A stretch of DNA of 64,000 nucleotides from Raillietiella orientalis (taxonomy: Eukaryota): positions 3,410,001-3,474,000 of the forward strand of contig JAYWIR010000012.1 in assembly GCA_036172245.1 (NCBI GenBank), in the 5' to 3' direction. Within the stretch, counting starts at the first letter, position 1. Each line of letters opens with the position of its first letter. Position numbers and translations under genes: made by a program. The notes beneath the pieces were generated by a model. That model saw only the letters and a program-made list of their open reading frames with translations, was not told where the DNA came from and searched no databases. Positions 41,851 through 54,230 of the stretch are shown one piece after another.

Positions 41851-44639
41851 AGTTCATCCTTGTACGCCGAGTCTCTCGCTCGAGTTCCAAAGAGGACGCC
41901 TCGAGGCGCTGGCTCTCCACAGCATGCATCTCGAGGACGCTCCTGCTCTTCCTGCGCCAAGGCCAATCTTCCTCGGCGAGTCCTGGACCTCTTCTTTCCA
42001 GAACTCACTTCCGAGTCAGCTTCCTACCGCTGCGCGTGCTTCCGGCGGCCGAGGTGACAGTTTGCCCGGACGGATGCGCTTTCCAGCAGCCTCTCTTCGG
42101 GGGAGGAAGCCAGGCCGCTGCGGACTCCCTAACTTCAGGAAGAACGCCTTCATCCGTCTCTTGCCGGGAGGAGAGCCTGCTTGCAGCCCATCATGATCCA
42201 CCTCCCTCTCCCCCTTTCCCTTGGCTGCGTCTTTTCTTTTTCAGGAAGCGGGCCGAGAAGATCTGGACGGCTATTTGGATTTTCCGCCGCGCTCCTGGGA
42301 CGCTCCGAGTCCAGGTTTGTCGTGCCAAAGGTGGAAAAGCGGATGGGGTGTTCCCTTCGCCAGGATAAGCGGCTGCTGCAGAGCCCTGTCGATCCTCGCG
42401 TGAGAAGTTCCGACCTCTTCGTCGGGACGCGTCGCGGGTCCGGCGGACCAACTCGAAGGAGCGACGCAGACTCCAGCGCCGGCTCTCCTTCTCAGAGGTC
42501 TCTGAGGACCGACGGCGTGACGGCTCGTGCCAGGCCACATGGACTACCACGCAGCGTCCGAGTCGTCGGCCGCATCGAGCAGCTCCCCTACCCTACCCGT
42601 ACTGCAGTCAGGAATGCGGCGACATCCGCCGCACCGGACCGAGCGAAACGCGGCGGCGATGGAGGGGAGCATCCCTTACTCCCCCCCCCCGCTCCCTTCC
42701 TTCCTCCAGTGGACTTCCGGGGTCGCTCGCCCCAACGCTGGCAAGCAGCATCTGGCGGGATATGCTGGAGTTCTCTCACCGCGATCCGACTCCAGGGTTT
42801 CGATGAGAAGCGGAGTATCCTCCAAGGCCCACTGAAGAGGCAGTTCTGTCAAGATGACCGGCGCGTGCTTCCTGCGGGGTCGGGTGCTGCTCTGACACTT
42901 CGCTGTCTTTTGCGAGCCGCCAGCCTCGCACCGTTGCCCCAGGGTGCAACCCCTAATATTCTAGTTTTAATCTTGAGAAGATTATATATTATTATTTATT
43001 TGTATTATTGACCATAATAATATTATATACATATATATTATACATATCATTAATCATAATAATTAAAAACTAGTGACACATTCTAAAACGTCATTTTCTA
43101 CCAGTTGAAATTTTGCATTTTTATGTCCCTTTAATTTTTCCTTTACCCTCATTATTTTACAAAATGCTAAATTAACATTTTCATACCATTGCGTAGAAAT
43201 TAACTATGGTAACACTGTCACGCAGATCGGCGACTCCCTTACGACCGAGGACGTGTTCTCCGAGTTCTCCGCCCCGTTCGTCGACCGACACTGCTCCTCT
43301 CCGAGAAGCAGGAAGAAAGAAAGGAAAACAGAAAAATCAAAAAGGTGGTCCGAATCTTTTTTGATGCGGTGGAGGCTGCTTGTTTTCTTCCGAGCTTTTC
43401 CATTTTTCGCACCCTTGTTTGCTGTTCGCGTCGAAGTTTATCCCGCTGAATCGGTTTGGCAACCCGCACCTTCGTTTCCATGTTTCCCTTGAATCACCAA
43501 CATCTGGAGAGCGCAGTTGACAAACAGAGAAAATGCTGAAAAAAAAGATAAAGGGAGGAGGAGGAGGGAGCAGGTAGGATACGCCGTTTGTTTGTTAAGC
43601 AGATTAATAGATTCTTTAATGCTATGAATAATTCATTTGGATCAGAGAGTAGGCACGCAACGTGCATCTGTTGATCATCTAATCACAGACGCGAGCTGTT
43701 TATGGATGTGATTACTTACAAAGTGTCGGAGCATCACGGAGCAATCACGGAGATCGGACCGCTGGAGGAACTTTCGTTCTTCTCCCGTTCCGGCCTTCGT
43801 CCATTGGGGCCAAGCGCGGCCTTTTCATCTTCCCCGTGAGGTGCTCGGCTCCTCCCCGTGTGCGCGCGCGCGCCAGGGAGAGTTCCTTCCTACCTCAGCG
43901 CCTGCGACCGGAAAACAACCGGAAGAGTGGGGGAGAAGGGGGGAGGAGAAGGGAAGGGAGGCGAGCGCATGGAAACCTCCCCAGCAGAGTACGCCGCCGC
44001 CACCGCCGTTTCGCTGCGACTCCCAGCGAGAGGACGGGCTTGCTTCTCGTCGGCTTCTTTTCCCCGGACAGGCGGCTCCCGCCGCCACTTCCCGGGCGCG
44101 CGCGCCTCCAGCCTTGCCCCTTTTTTTTTTTTCCGTTTTTTGCCACGGCGGTTGGCTCGTCGCAGGAGATCGCCGCTTGCCCCACGAAGAGTGCACGCGG
44201 GCTCCCTTACCCCTACGTCGCTGCGCTTCCTCGAGGAGACAAACTGGGACGAGCGGTCCCATCACAGGTACCGCTCCGCTGGGGTCGAGATGCTGGGAAT
44301 TCCCGGCGAAGATCCGGTGCTGCCGCTAACGGCGCTCTCTTCCGGACGGTCGCACCCCCCACCCTTCTCGCCCTCACGCGGCGAGGGTAGGAGGCGTTTT
44401 TTCGCCACTGGTGCGCTGGGGTCTCCCATGCGACGCCCGCCATCGGTCGTCGGACCCGATGAATGTGAGGGGGCAGGGGCGCGGACCCCGAACTCGTGAA
44501 TCCGGAAAGTGAATTCCCTCCCCTCTCCCCCCGCACCTGCTCGTGGATCGTGCTTCCCTCCGTCCCCTATGGGAGCGTTTCCCGACGTCCTTCCGGGTCC
44601 CATGTGGCAGCCCCGGGGACGCTTCGAGGCACCTCCTCT

Positions 44640-45034
44640 TTCTGCGGGGCGCGCCGCCACCGCCGCTTCGTTAGCGGCGGCTTTTTGCTGCTTGAGGCGG
44701 CCTCAAGCGACTCCAGAAGGGACCGACGCGACGGGCGCGCCATCCGCTTCTTGTGGATGGTTACGAGATGGCCCCACCTGGGAGCTGCGCAGCAGAAACT
44801 TACCGGCATCCCTCAAAGGATGGGGGACACCCCCCACCTACCCCCAGCAGAATGTGATCCTTTTTCCTCCCCTCTCCGCCCAGGCATTTCCTATTTATTT
44901 TCGTTGATTTTTTCCTATTCCTCCGCTCCCTCGTTCCCTGGATGCGCTAGGGTCGAGGGTCCCACCTCTTCTACGACGGACACTTGCCTTTCTATAAATA
45001 GACGTCCCTACGCTCCTGGGTGAAAAAAGAAAAT
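44640..45034 (+). mobile_element. Short 3' fragment of the same LINE
   Basis: ASLAAAFCCLR...RAIRFLWMVTRWPHLGAAQQKLTGIPQRM, then TGTGATCC, a T-rich tract and terminal CCTGGGTGAAAAAA. Confidence 0.75.
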
Positions 45035-45813
45035 CCGCCCACCCCCGGGTGCCGTTGTCAGAGGCAGAGGGGGTTGGGGTGGCGGTGGTGGTGATAGGAG
45101 ACGAGGAAACTCTCCCCGAGGGTCGCTCCGCCCTCCTTCCGGGGTCTACTGCGACCACGCCCCCACGAAGCGTCGCGTCCCGTGTCTTCGCGCAGACGGC
45201 GCGAGCGTCGAACGAGGATCCGGCCGTGGTCCATCGGTCGGCCCTGCCGCCTCGTGCGGGGCTGCGGAACGCCCCCATCCCTCCCCCCCCTAGCTGTCTG
45301 TGCGAAGACCTTCTCCCCCTTTCCCTCTTCCCTTCCCCATTTTCCTAGCCCTCAAAGCAGCCGGACGCTCCAGGCCCCACGCCAGCTGATGAGTTCTCTA
45401 GGGCCGCCACCATCGCCCGCGGTGGCGACGGCAACCCCGAAAGTGGCAGCAGCCCCCCTTCTCCTTGTGCGACGACTGGGAAAGCGGGAAGAGGATGCAC
45501 AAGCGGGAATGGGGGGGATGCGCACGCACGGCTGGCCGGTTCGCAGCATCCGAGCGGTTTTTCTGGACCTCCGGAAAGAGGGGGGGGGAGGGATCGATCC
45601 GAGGTATGACGGGGGCGGGGGAAGAAAGGGTCGAGGACCCGGAGGGAGGATTTCGTCCCTCCTCAGGGACTCGTCGCGCGCGACGAGTCCCCTTATTTAT
45701 TTAATCTATTCTAAAATAATTTGGAGTTAAAATATGTATTTATAATTTTAAATATTAATTCATTAACTAATATATATATATATATATATATTAGTTCCCA
45801 GGGAGGAATGGGG

Positions 45814-46395
45814 TTTATCACCCCGATTTTCCGGGGCATTTATTATAAAATTATGATAAAAGTCTTATTTTACAGCAGTGTGGTAGAACACGTGGTTCTA
45901 CCACGTGACAAAAGCTTGCCCAGACCGGTACGCTGACCGGCGAGGTCCGTTGCCGCGGAGATGGGGAAGGCAAAAACCACAAAAATAAACAAACAAAAAA
46001 CAAAAAAGGGGGTGGGGAAAAGGGGAGGGAGGGGAAGGGATCACAGCTCACTGGGAGATGTCCTCTGCATCTTGTGAAGGATGCTGACAAATAGTCTCAG
46101 CTTGCCCAGGTGAGGCCATCTTGAGGCGGTCCTCAGGAAGATCTGAGCCCAGTGAATGGCATCCCTGCTGTTCCAGTCTCTTCCTCCCGCGTTTCAGGCT
46201 GCCACGATCCCGTGGAGACAGCAGAGCACTGCGAGGGACGCGGCTGGCGGCAGAGAGGCACGCACGCAGAGGCGTTAGCAAATGTCCCTGGGGTCGCGTA
46301 CTGGGATTTTTAGGATCGTCGAGGGTCGATCCCGAAGGTCTCAGAGGATGACACAGTCCAACAGGGTGGCAATGCCGAAACCTGGCCCGAGTATC
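45814..46395 (-). mobile_element. 5'-truncated LINE copy (ORF2 end + 3' UTR)
   Basis: Frameshifted LLDCVIL...GIVAA...ASRWPHLGKLRLFVSILHKMQRTS; UTR hairpins at about 45923-45940, 45880-45904 and 45820-45838. Confidence 0.8.
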
Positions 46396-46399
46396 GAGA

Positions 46400-49192
46400 T
46401 GGGGCCGAGAGCCAAGCATGGCAATCCGGGTCGCCCAGCTTGCTGGACGAGCAGGGCTGGGAACACTCGGCTCCGGCCGCGATACGGCACCTCGTGCAGT
46501 GTTTTTACTCCTCCCTTTACGCCAGAACGCCTCCCGAGCGGGACGCCTCACGGCTCCAGCTACCGGATGGAGCCCCGGCCATAGGGAGGGGGAAAAGGAA
46601 AGCCTCGACGAGCCTTTCTCGACCGGTGAAATTATCACCATGATCAAGAAGCTCAAGAGGCGCAAGGCGCCAGGGGAGGATGGCCTGCCCGCGGAGTTTT
46701 TCCAATGCTTCGCGTCATAGCTGGCCCCCCTGGTGCTTAGGTTGACGCAGCTGATCCGAGACGAAGGCGATGTTCCCTCCTCGTTTCGGTCAGCCAGGGT
46801 GAGGCTCCCTCCGAAGAGAGGAGACCTCTGGAAATAAAACTGGCGTCCGATCACTATCGTGAACATGGACGCCAAGTTGGTGGCGGTGCTGTGGGCTGCG
46901 CGTTTGAGGCAGGTAGCGGACAGCTTTATTAGCCCGGAACAGACTTACGCTGTTCCCGGGCGAAACATGGACGCGAACCTGTTCTTCGCCAGCACATGGT
47001 CCCATGTGCAATGCTCAGAAAAAAGGAAGAAACTGATTGTCGGCAACCCCAATTGGGAGGCTCCAGCTGGGCAGGGAAGGGACGACCGGGAGGAAAAGGA
47101 CGCCTTAGCCATCGCGGTCGATCTGCATAAAGCGCTCGACTGCGTGGACCAGGAGATTCTTCTCCTGGATCGCATGGGCTTCCCGAATGCCTTAACAGCC
47201 TACCTGCGCTCTTGCTGGCACAACGCGATAATCAACGTTCTTTTCAGATGTCAAAACGTGTACGGCGTGCCGGTGAGGCGGGGCATTAGGCAGGGCAATA
47301 GTCCGAGTCCCCTGCTTTTTAGTACCTATTTTGAATTGGTGCTGAGAGCCTACAGAGCGACTTTGTCCTCCTTGCCGAGCTCGTGCCCCGGTACGCCTGC
47401 CGTGTCGGCGTATGCTGACGATCTGCTCTTGTTGCCTCGGCATCAGCACTCGAGAATTTTTTCGAGCTGTTGACCCGCGGGACAGAACTCCGGGTAAACA
47501 GGGCAAAGTCGTCGGTGGTGGCGGTTGGTGCGACGTGGGCTGGAAGGCCTGATTGGATCCTCCTGGAGGTCCCCACGGGCAGGTACTTAGAGTACCTTGG
47601 CGTTCCGTTGGGGGACTTCTGTGCGTCAGAAGCCTGGTGAGGTCGTCTCCAGAAAGTGGAGTTGGCCATCGGCCCGTTCATGGAAGGCAAGTTTCACTTG
47701 CCGGAACGGGCTGTGGTGTGGAACGCGTTCGCGCCCCCATCCTTCGTCCCTGCTTTTTGTTTGCCCCATCCGTCTCCCCCTTGTTGAAAAAACGGACCAA
47801 GGACTCTTGCTCATCGCCCTGTGGAGCAACTGGAGGCACCGGGTACCGCTGATGGAATTGTGCGATTCGCGTCGGGACGGTGGTCTTGGCCTCCTGACGT
47901 TGGAGAGGATGGAGACAACTGCGCTGGCGAACCATGGCCATCGCGGCAAAGCACTGGAGTACCCCCTGGTGCGTTCCGGCCTGCCTCCTCGCCCACGGTG
48001 TACCCGGAACGGAAGGGCTTGCGTCTCATCTTTTGTACCCCGAACGGAAGATAAGAAGATACGGCTTCCTCCTCGGACGCATAGCCACACTGGCGAAGGA
48101 GAACGGCTGGATAGTGTGCAGCCCCGACAACTCTAGAGCAGGGCTAGAGTTGTCGGGTGGCACGTGGGAGAAGATTAACCAGCCCATGAGTGAATCATGG
48201 AACTGTCTGCGAGTAGGCACCTACTCCCGCTGCCCGTTGTAGAAGATACTCGAGTGTCCCGCCAGGAGCACGTGGGCGGAGACACTTTCGATGCCTTTCC
48301 TAAAAAGGGCACTAGGTAGCAGCCGACGCCGAGGTGGCAGGTCTCCTGATAGAAAAGTTGATAAGTGGTTGGACCATGGGGTAGCTGGTAAATGCCACGA
48401 CCCCAAGTGTCGTTCCGCAAGGACCACGGAGAAGGGGAGATCTGCTCGGCATCCCGACGGATGACCTGGAGTGGCCCGCAGTGTTCAAAGACTTATGCAT
48501 CCCTCCCCCCCCTGAAGTGGCAGGAGTCGGTGCTTCTAGTATTGCACTGGGGTCTTCTCTGCGACGCGCGACGCCACCACTGGACATTGGGGAGGGTGAA
48601 CCCCAACTGTGTCAGGTGCGGGGAAAGGAAGTCCTTCCCCCTCCTGTTAGTGGACTGTGTTGCTCTCCGGCCCTTAAGGGCACGCTTTGCCACGTCCTTG
48701 GGAACTCCTAGAGACGCTATTCGACCCCTCTTCGTTCGAGACGCTCTGCAGCCAGAGGGCCTCGCTAGCAGCGCTGTGCTGCCTACGTGGGATCGTCGCT
48801 GCATGGAGCAACGCCACGGGAGGACCCAGCGATAGGGATGCCAGCGAATACGCCGTCCGCTTCTTGGGGATGGCGACGCGATGGCCCCATCTGGAACCCA
48901 GTATACAGGAAAAGCTTGCCGGCATCCTCCAGAGGATGTGAGGGACTCTCTTAGCAGACTGTGATCCCTTCCCGCTCCCTCCCCAGTTATTTTATTTATT
49001 TTTCATTTTCATTTTTGTTGTTGTCTATACCCCCTCCTTTCTACTGCCGAGGTGGACAGCATCGGTCTACGAACCGGTGACCAGGCAGACTTCGATTATC
49101 TGGCGCGTGGATGGACGACTGGTCCAGCCATAGATTCTGTAAAATGTTTTATTCGCGAGATAAGTGCCCCGGCGCACCTGGGTGAGAATCAA
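46400..49192 (+). mobile_element. Degenerate L1/Tx1-like non-LTR retrotransposon: ORF2 linker, reverse transcriptase, C-terminal Zn motif, 3' UTR
   Basis: FYSSLY, KAPGEDGLPAEFF, NWRPITIVNMDAKLVA, ISPEQTYAVPGR, VDLHKALDCVD, RRGIRQGNSPSPLLF, AYADD, NRAKS, YLGVPL, LC..RRDGGLGL, CVRCGE...LLVDC; stop at 48939-48941. Several in-frame stops (e.g. 46718) and frameshifts, so inactive. Clade call from motif style only. Confidence 0.92.
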
Positions 49193-49274
49193 GCGTCTGC
49201 AGTTCGAATCCTCACAGGAGTTCTCAGGGATTCTCCGCTGCTCCTGAGAGGTTTAACCAGTCCCCTGGCAGGCG

Positions 49275-49965
49275 CTACGCTACGGAGAGAGGACCCTTGT
49301 CGTTCTGATGGATGTCAACCACAAGCCAGGGGTGGTCGGGCAGCTCTGACAGAGTTTCTCCTCGACTTCCTGCCCGAGAGCATAGGTGGTAGTTCAGGAA
49401 CACACGGTCGATGCTTTTGGCCATTCCGGCTTCTCTGGCCAACAGGTTGCGCGTTTGCATTGCCGCGCTCATCTCGCTGACCAGGTCGGCTCGCCCGCTT
49501 GACGCACCTGACAGCAGGCGGATATTGAAATCCCTGTTTATCAGGTGCGCTCTCCTCACGCCTGCTTCGGCCAGCCAATCGCGCTTCAGGCCTTCATAGA
49601 ACTTTCTCCTCTCTCCACGCCTGTTGTTGACGCTGGGCGCGTACACGTTCGCGACCACGAGGTCGATCGAGTTCGGACCACTTGACCACCAGCTGTCCAA
49701 CTCGATCTTTCCTGTCGAACTGCACATCGCTCAGGACGTTGTCGACGACTGGCTTCAGAAGGAAAGCCACACTGCGGGAGTCGACGGAACCGCAACGCTA
49801 TAGTGCCCGACCACCTGCGATCTTTTCGGTTTCCTGGACTTCTGCGTTGAGCTTGTGCATTCTCTTGCAGAAGCGCCGGGTCAAAGGCTCGTAGAATGGT
49901 GGCCACGTCTCGGCTCCAGCCGTCGTTGCGCAGCCCGCTGACGTTCCAACAGGCTACGCTCAATC
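49275..49965 (-). mobile_element. Apurinic-like (APE) endonuclease domain of a non-LTR retrotransposon, frameshifted
   Basis: Motifs in canonical order: LSVACWNVSGL, LLQE, VANVYAPS, (R)DFN, SIDRVF, (P)DH. Confidence 0.88.
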
Positions 49966-50579
49966 GCCGGCAGGCAATCACTGTAGTGATGGCGGCTGGT
50001 GATTCCCGCCTCCTGCTCGGCGGGGGATTGTAGGTCTCCATGTCGACGGAATGCGCCTCAGACGGTCGCATTCCGTCTACGGTTGAATTCAGGTTATTGC
50101 CTAGAGAGCTGCTTTCTAGCGAGGAATCGCGCATTCTTGCGGAGATCGTCTCCTCCTCGTTCCCCGAGGACATTCCTTCCCCTGCCTGGGGGAGAAGTAA
50201 CGCCCTCGAGTTCCGTGATTTACGGTCCGCTTTCCGTTTCAAGGGGAATGGGATGAGCAGGTCCTCTACCCCATTCCCTCCTTCCTTCCTTCTCCTGGAG
50301 AGAAGAAGGCCTCCTGCCCGGGGTGCAAGAGTCCTTCACTTCCTCTGCTCGTTCGCTTCTCACCTGACCCTATCTTGAGGCGGAGGGAGGAGGTCCCATG
50401 GCTCCCTTTCTTCTTCCGCGAAGAAAAGGGGAGTTCCTCCTCCCTGAGGGACCCGCGCTAGTATGGAGGTTAAACGTGGGGAGGGCAGGGGTACAGGAGG
50501 GAGAGGAGGCGGACATCCCGGAAGGGAAGACAGGAAGAAAGAAGGAATGAGAGAGGAACGCTCTTCCCTGGAACATGGG

Positions 50580-51200
50580 GATTCAACCGTCTTCCGCAGC
50601 ATTGGGAGTGACAGGCCAGGGAGGGGATGGTGGGCGTCGGTAGGGTTGCCCGGCTGCAGGTGGGTCTCGAGGGCGTAGCGACTGCCGTAAGGAGGAAAGA
50701 AAGAGAGGAAAGGGCGGCTTCATTGGTTTCTCCCTCCACTTCCCAAGGCGCCACTCACCCTTTTACCATACCCTTGTGTGTGTGCACGACCCCTTCGGTC
50801 TACCGTGGGGGTCGGTAGGCGGCCAAATTCCGGGTTGCCTCTGCGCCACCCCGGCCTATAAGAGGCGGGAGGGTGCAAAGGGAGGAGAAGGATTGCCCTG
50901 AAAACCTCGGTACACTTTTTTTTTTTGCCAGAAGACCCCCTCGCGTCCTCGGATGTGCTGCTTTCCTCCATCCACGGCGACCGATCGTGGTGCTCCTCGG
51001 GAAGAGGAGGAAGTTCGGGGAGGAGAGTGCGCCGACCGAAGGGAACAGGGAAGAGCCCCTAAACCTCTTTACCCCTCCCCGGCCCTACGCTCCCAGGAGA
51101 CTCACCTTCCCCGACTTGCTGGCACGTCCTGCACGTTCCTGCCCTCGTATTCCCGGGAGAGAACGTGTGAGGATTCCAAAAGGGCCGTAGGAGGAAGGGA
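50580..51200 (-). mobile_element. Possible decayed ORF1 upstream of the APE fragment
   Basis: Position and orientation fit. A remnant RPTCSR...H...C resembles a broken zinc knuckle. No intact ORF. Confidence 0.25.
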
Positions 51201-53815
51201 GGGAGGAAGGAGGCAAATGTTCTCTCCTGTCTTCTCCCTGACTTGCCTCCCTCAGCCCCCTTTCGCCGGCTCCTAACGCTCTTCTCCTATCCCGGAATAC
51301 GGCCACTGGGGAGTTCCTCCTGTCTACCCGAGGTCCCTCTCCTCCCTCCCACCTTCCTGGAAAAGGAGAAGAAAGGGGAGGGCAAGGCGGCTGCTGCTGC
51401 CGCCCTGCAACCGACCTGCGAGAGGGTGATCCCGAGGGTGACTTACCGAGGGGGTAGGTCAGGAGTAGGGGAAAATCCCAGCTTTTCCGGGATGCAGCGA
51501 CGCTCGCAGCAGCCCTCGACTGGCCCGCTGCTGCCACCAACGACGAGCTGTCCTTTTCGCTGTCCCTCCGGTGCGAGAGCCTCAGGAAAGTACGGGGAGG
51601 TGGAGAGGTCTGGTAAGTCTTCCCTACATCAGCGAGACCTCCTTTTACGTCCTCTCTTCGAGAGGATCATCATGGGTGTGGGTAGGGTAAAAGCTCGCGC
51701 TAGGGAGGAAGGAGCTCTTGGGCTCTTTCTCTCCCCTCCCAGTCCGAACCTTGATCCCTTCGCAAGCCATCCCTTCTCCTCTGTGATGCTCCCGTTCCTC
51801 AGGCAACGGGTACCCTTTCTGGACTGCGGATGACCCTTACGAAGCCTTCGTTCCCGGGGGAGGCAGCGGAAACCTCCGCTTCTCTTCTCCTTCTCCTTCT
51901 CCTAGTCCCCTCCCTGCTCCTCTCCGGAGGACTCCGCTGTCGAACCCTTTTCTCGTGCAATCCTCCCCTTCCCCCACCTGCCTGTCCCTCTTCCCTCTCG
52001 TCCCTTCCCTCGTTTTCTTTCCTCTCTTTCAGAAGTACCACGGGCTCCGCAACGCTCCATCCCGCTCGCTCTCCCGGGCCGGAGGGTTACTCCCCAGAAT
52101 TCGCCGGAGGCATTCTGCGGAAACTGGTATTCTCCTCGCTCCCCTTTTCTGAAGGGCCAGGTAGGAGAATCCCGGATCCTCTTCTCCCCCACCTCTCCTC
52201 TGCTTCCGGAGGGATGAGGGACGAGAGAAGGGTTCGTTCGCTCCTTCCAGGAAACGAGACGTCCCACGGACCGGAAACGCCGTGCGCTACGGAGAGTGGA
52301 GCAGCAGGGATGGAGGGGATTGCGAGGAGAAGGAAGGGGTTCCAGGGAGAGGGGACGCTCTCAGTCCCGGAAGGCGCTCACCCTGCACGTCCGCCCTCCC
52401 TTCCCCCATTTCTTTCCGCTTTTCTTAGCAGCGCCGTAGCACCGTCTCGCCGGCTTCCTCAGTCAGGCTCAAGCACTCCTTGTTGCTAGGAAACCAACCG
52501 TTCATGCCACTTTCCGCGAGTTTACCACTCCACCACACGAATAGATCTTTACAGGGAGAAGGGAATCTCCCTCAGAACCATCTGCGTCTTCGTCGGGAGC
52601 AGAGGAGGCGCCTCCTGAAACCCGTTCAGGGATCGGAGAGGGGCAATCCTTGCGTCTCTTCCACAGCCCTCGGTCTTTCAACTGCCCCCTGCGGAGCTGG
52701 GAAGCCACGTGTCTTTGCGTTCCCAAATGATCAGGGAGAGTGCGTGGATGCGCAGGACCCATCCCCTTTCTCGCCACAGAGGATCCCCGGTCCCCACCTA
52801 GGAAGGAGGCAGCTCCTAGCATCCACACAGTCTGGCACTCCCGGGGTGACCTGGAACCCGCAGAGCCCGATTCCTCGCCTGCCCCTTTTGGAACCAGGAG
52901 GCCTGTGGTCCCTTGTCCCCTTCCATCCCGCACATCCACCATCCCGAGAGAGAGAGGCCTGGGTAGTAGCGGGAGATCAGGAGCAGCAGCAGGGGAGGGA
53001 GGGGGTAGGTTTGTTGCAGCATAACGGACGCGCCTTGTCCGGGCGCGCCGGGAGCTGCCTGCAAGTGCGATCACATCCCGTCCGCGCTTCCTCCCTCCCC
53101 CCGTCCAGCTGCTTCCCTTCCCTCTGAGAATGGTTTTCTTCTTAGAGACCGCGGAGTGGACAGGAGGGTGGCCATCGTCCTCGCAGGTGTGCTCCCTCCG
53201 TTGAGATGACGCTCAGGCAAGACGCCCTCTCCTCCTCGAGCGCCTCCATCCCCCCGCTCCTCCCCTTCAACACATACCGGTGTTATCCCGGTGACGTGGT
53301 CCCTCTGCGAGCGGTTCCGGCGCTTCAGACCCCCTCCGAGCCGGATAAACGAGGCGGTCAAGGCGCGACCTGCTCGCCTGCCCCTGCACCCCGCCAGCGG
53401 CGGGGAGAGATCAAACGTGTTCGGCAGGGCGCGTCTCATTCCCTTCCTCCCTCGCTCTCCCCTACCCGATCTGTGTGTTCGCCTCTCGCGAGCAGACCGC
53501 TGTTGCCAGACATCCCCTCGCATCCCCTTGCGGATTCACATCTCCCGCCCACGGCACGCTAGTGCGTTGAGTCCAGGGAGGACGGCGGTGGGGCGCGGTG
53601 CTCGGGAGGTTCAGGGACAGAGGCCGAGCGGCTGCCGGAGACTGCGGGGCTTCCCTAGCCCCCGATAGCCAGCCGGGAAAAGAAGAAAATCCTTCACTGT
53701 TCTTCCCGGTCCTCGAGGGGATGGAGGAAACACGCGTAGGAGTTCATGCAGGGCTGTGGTGCCGACGGACTCTCCCGTCGCTAGGAATGATCCACTGCTC
53801 TTTGATCCCCGGCTG

Positions 53816-54019
53816 CAGAGTTGGAGGCGGTAATCAACTTGAAGATAATTGAATCCCGGGTAATTATGTGGCAACAGACAGCCATAATTACAAAAATATC
53901 TGCTACAGTTGGTGGTCGATAGATAATTACATGATCGATTGTAGTCTAGCTGTAGATAAATGCGCAATCGATTGTCGTATGATTGAAGATAATTGCACAA
54001 TTGATTGCGAATCATCAAG
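53816..54019. repeat. AT-rich island with three 33-bp degenerate tandem units
   Basis: AGATAA(T/A)T..ATCGATTG units start at 53921, 53954 and 53987, with related GTAAT/ATAATT motifs upstream. Confidence 0.8.
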
Positions 54020-54230
54020 AGGGTGGGTGCCGTAGGAGGCCTACCAGCAGTGGGACCTTGGAAAGAGGAGACGGTGTAGGTCTTTCTGCAGTGGGAGGAG
54101 ACAGGGAGACTCGTGGGCGCTGCTGCAGATGCCGTGGATGCGAGACACGCAACACCGTATGGGGGGGGAGGCAAGATGGCCGCACACAGGTCCCGGAAGA
54201 ATGCGATTCCTTCCCCGGTTCACGAAGACG
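54020..54230 (+). mobile_element. Highly decayed LINE ORF2 C-terminus
   Basis: QQWDLG (compare HHWTLG), CGTGGG..GCTGCA (compare GIVAA codons), ARWPH, then TGCGATTCCTTCCC (compare UTR start TGTGATCCCTTCCC). Confidence 0.5.

Noticed and set aside
49202..49211. B-box-like GTTCGAATCC after the long LINE copy
   Set aside because: No A box, T-arm or core homology, and its orientation is opposite to the three real cases.
54161..54183. GGGGGAGGCAAGATGGCCG resembling the YY1 site at the human L1 5' end
   Set aside because: These are the ARWPH codons of a decayed ORF2 C-terminus; the same AAGATGGC occurs in the other 3' copies.
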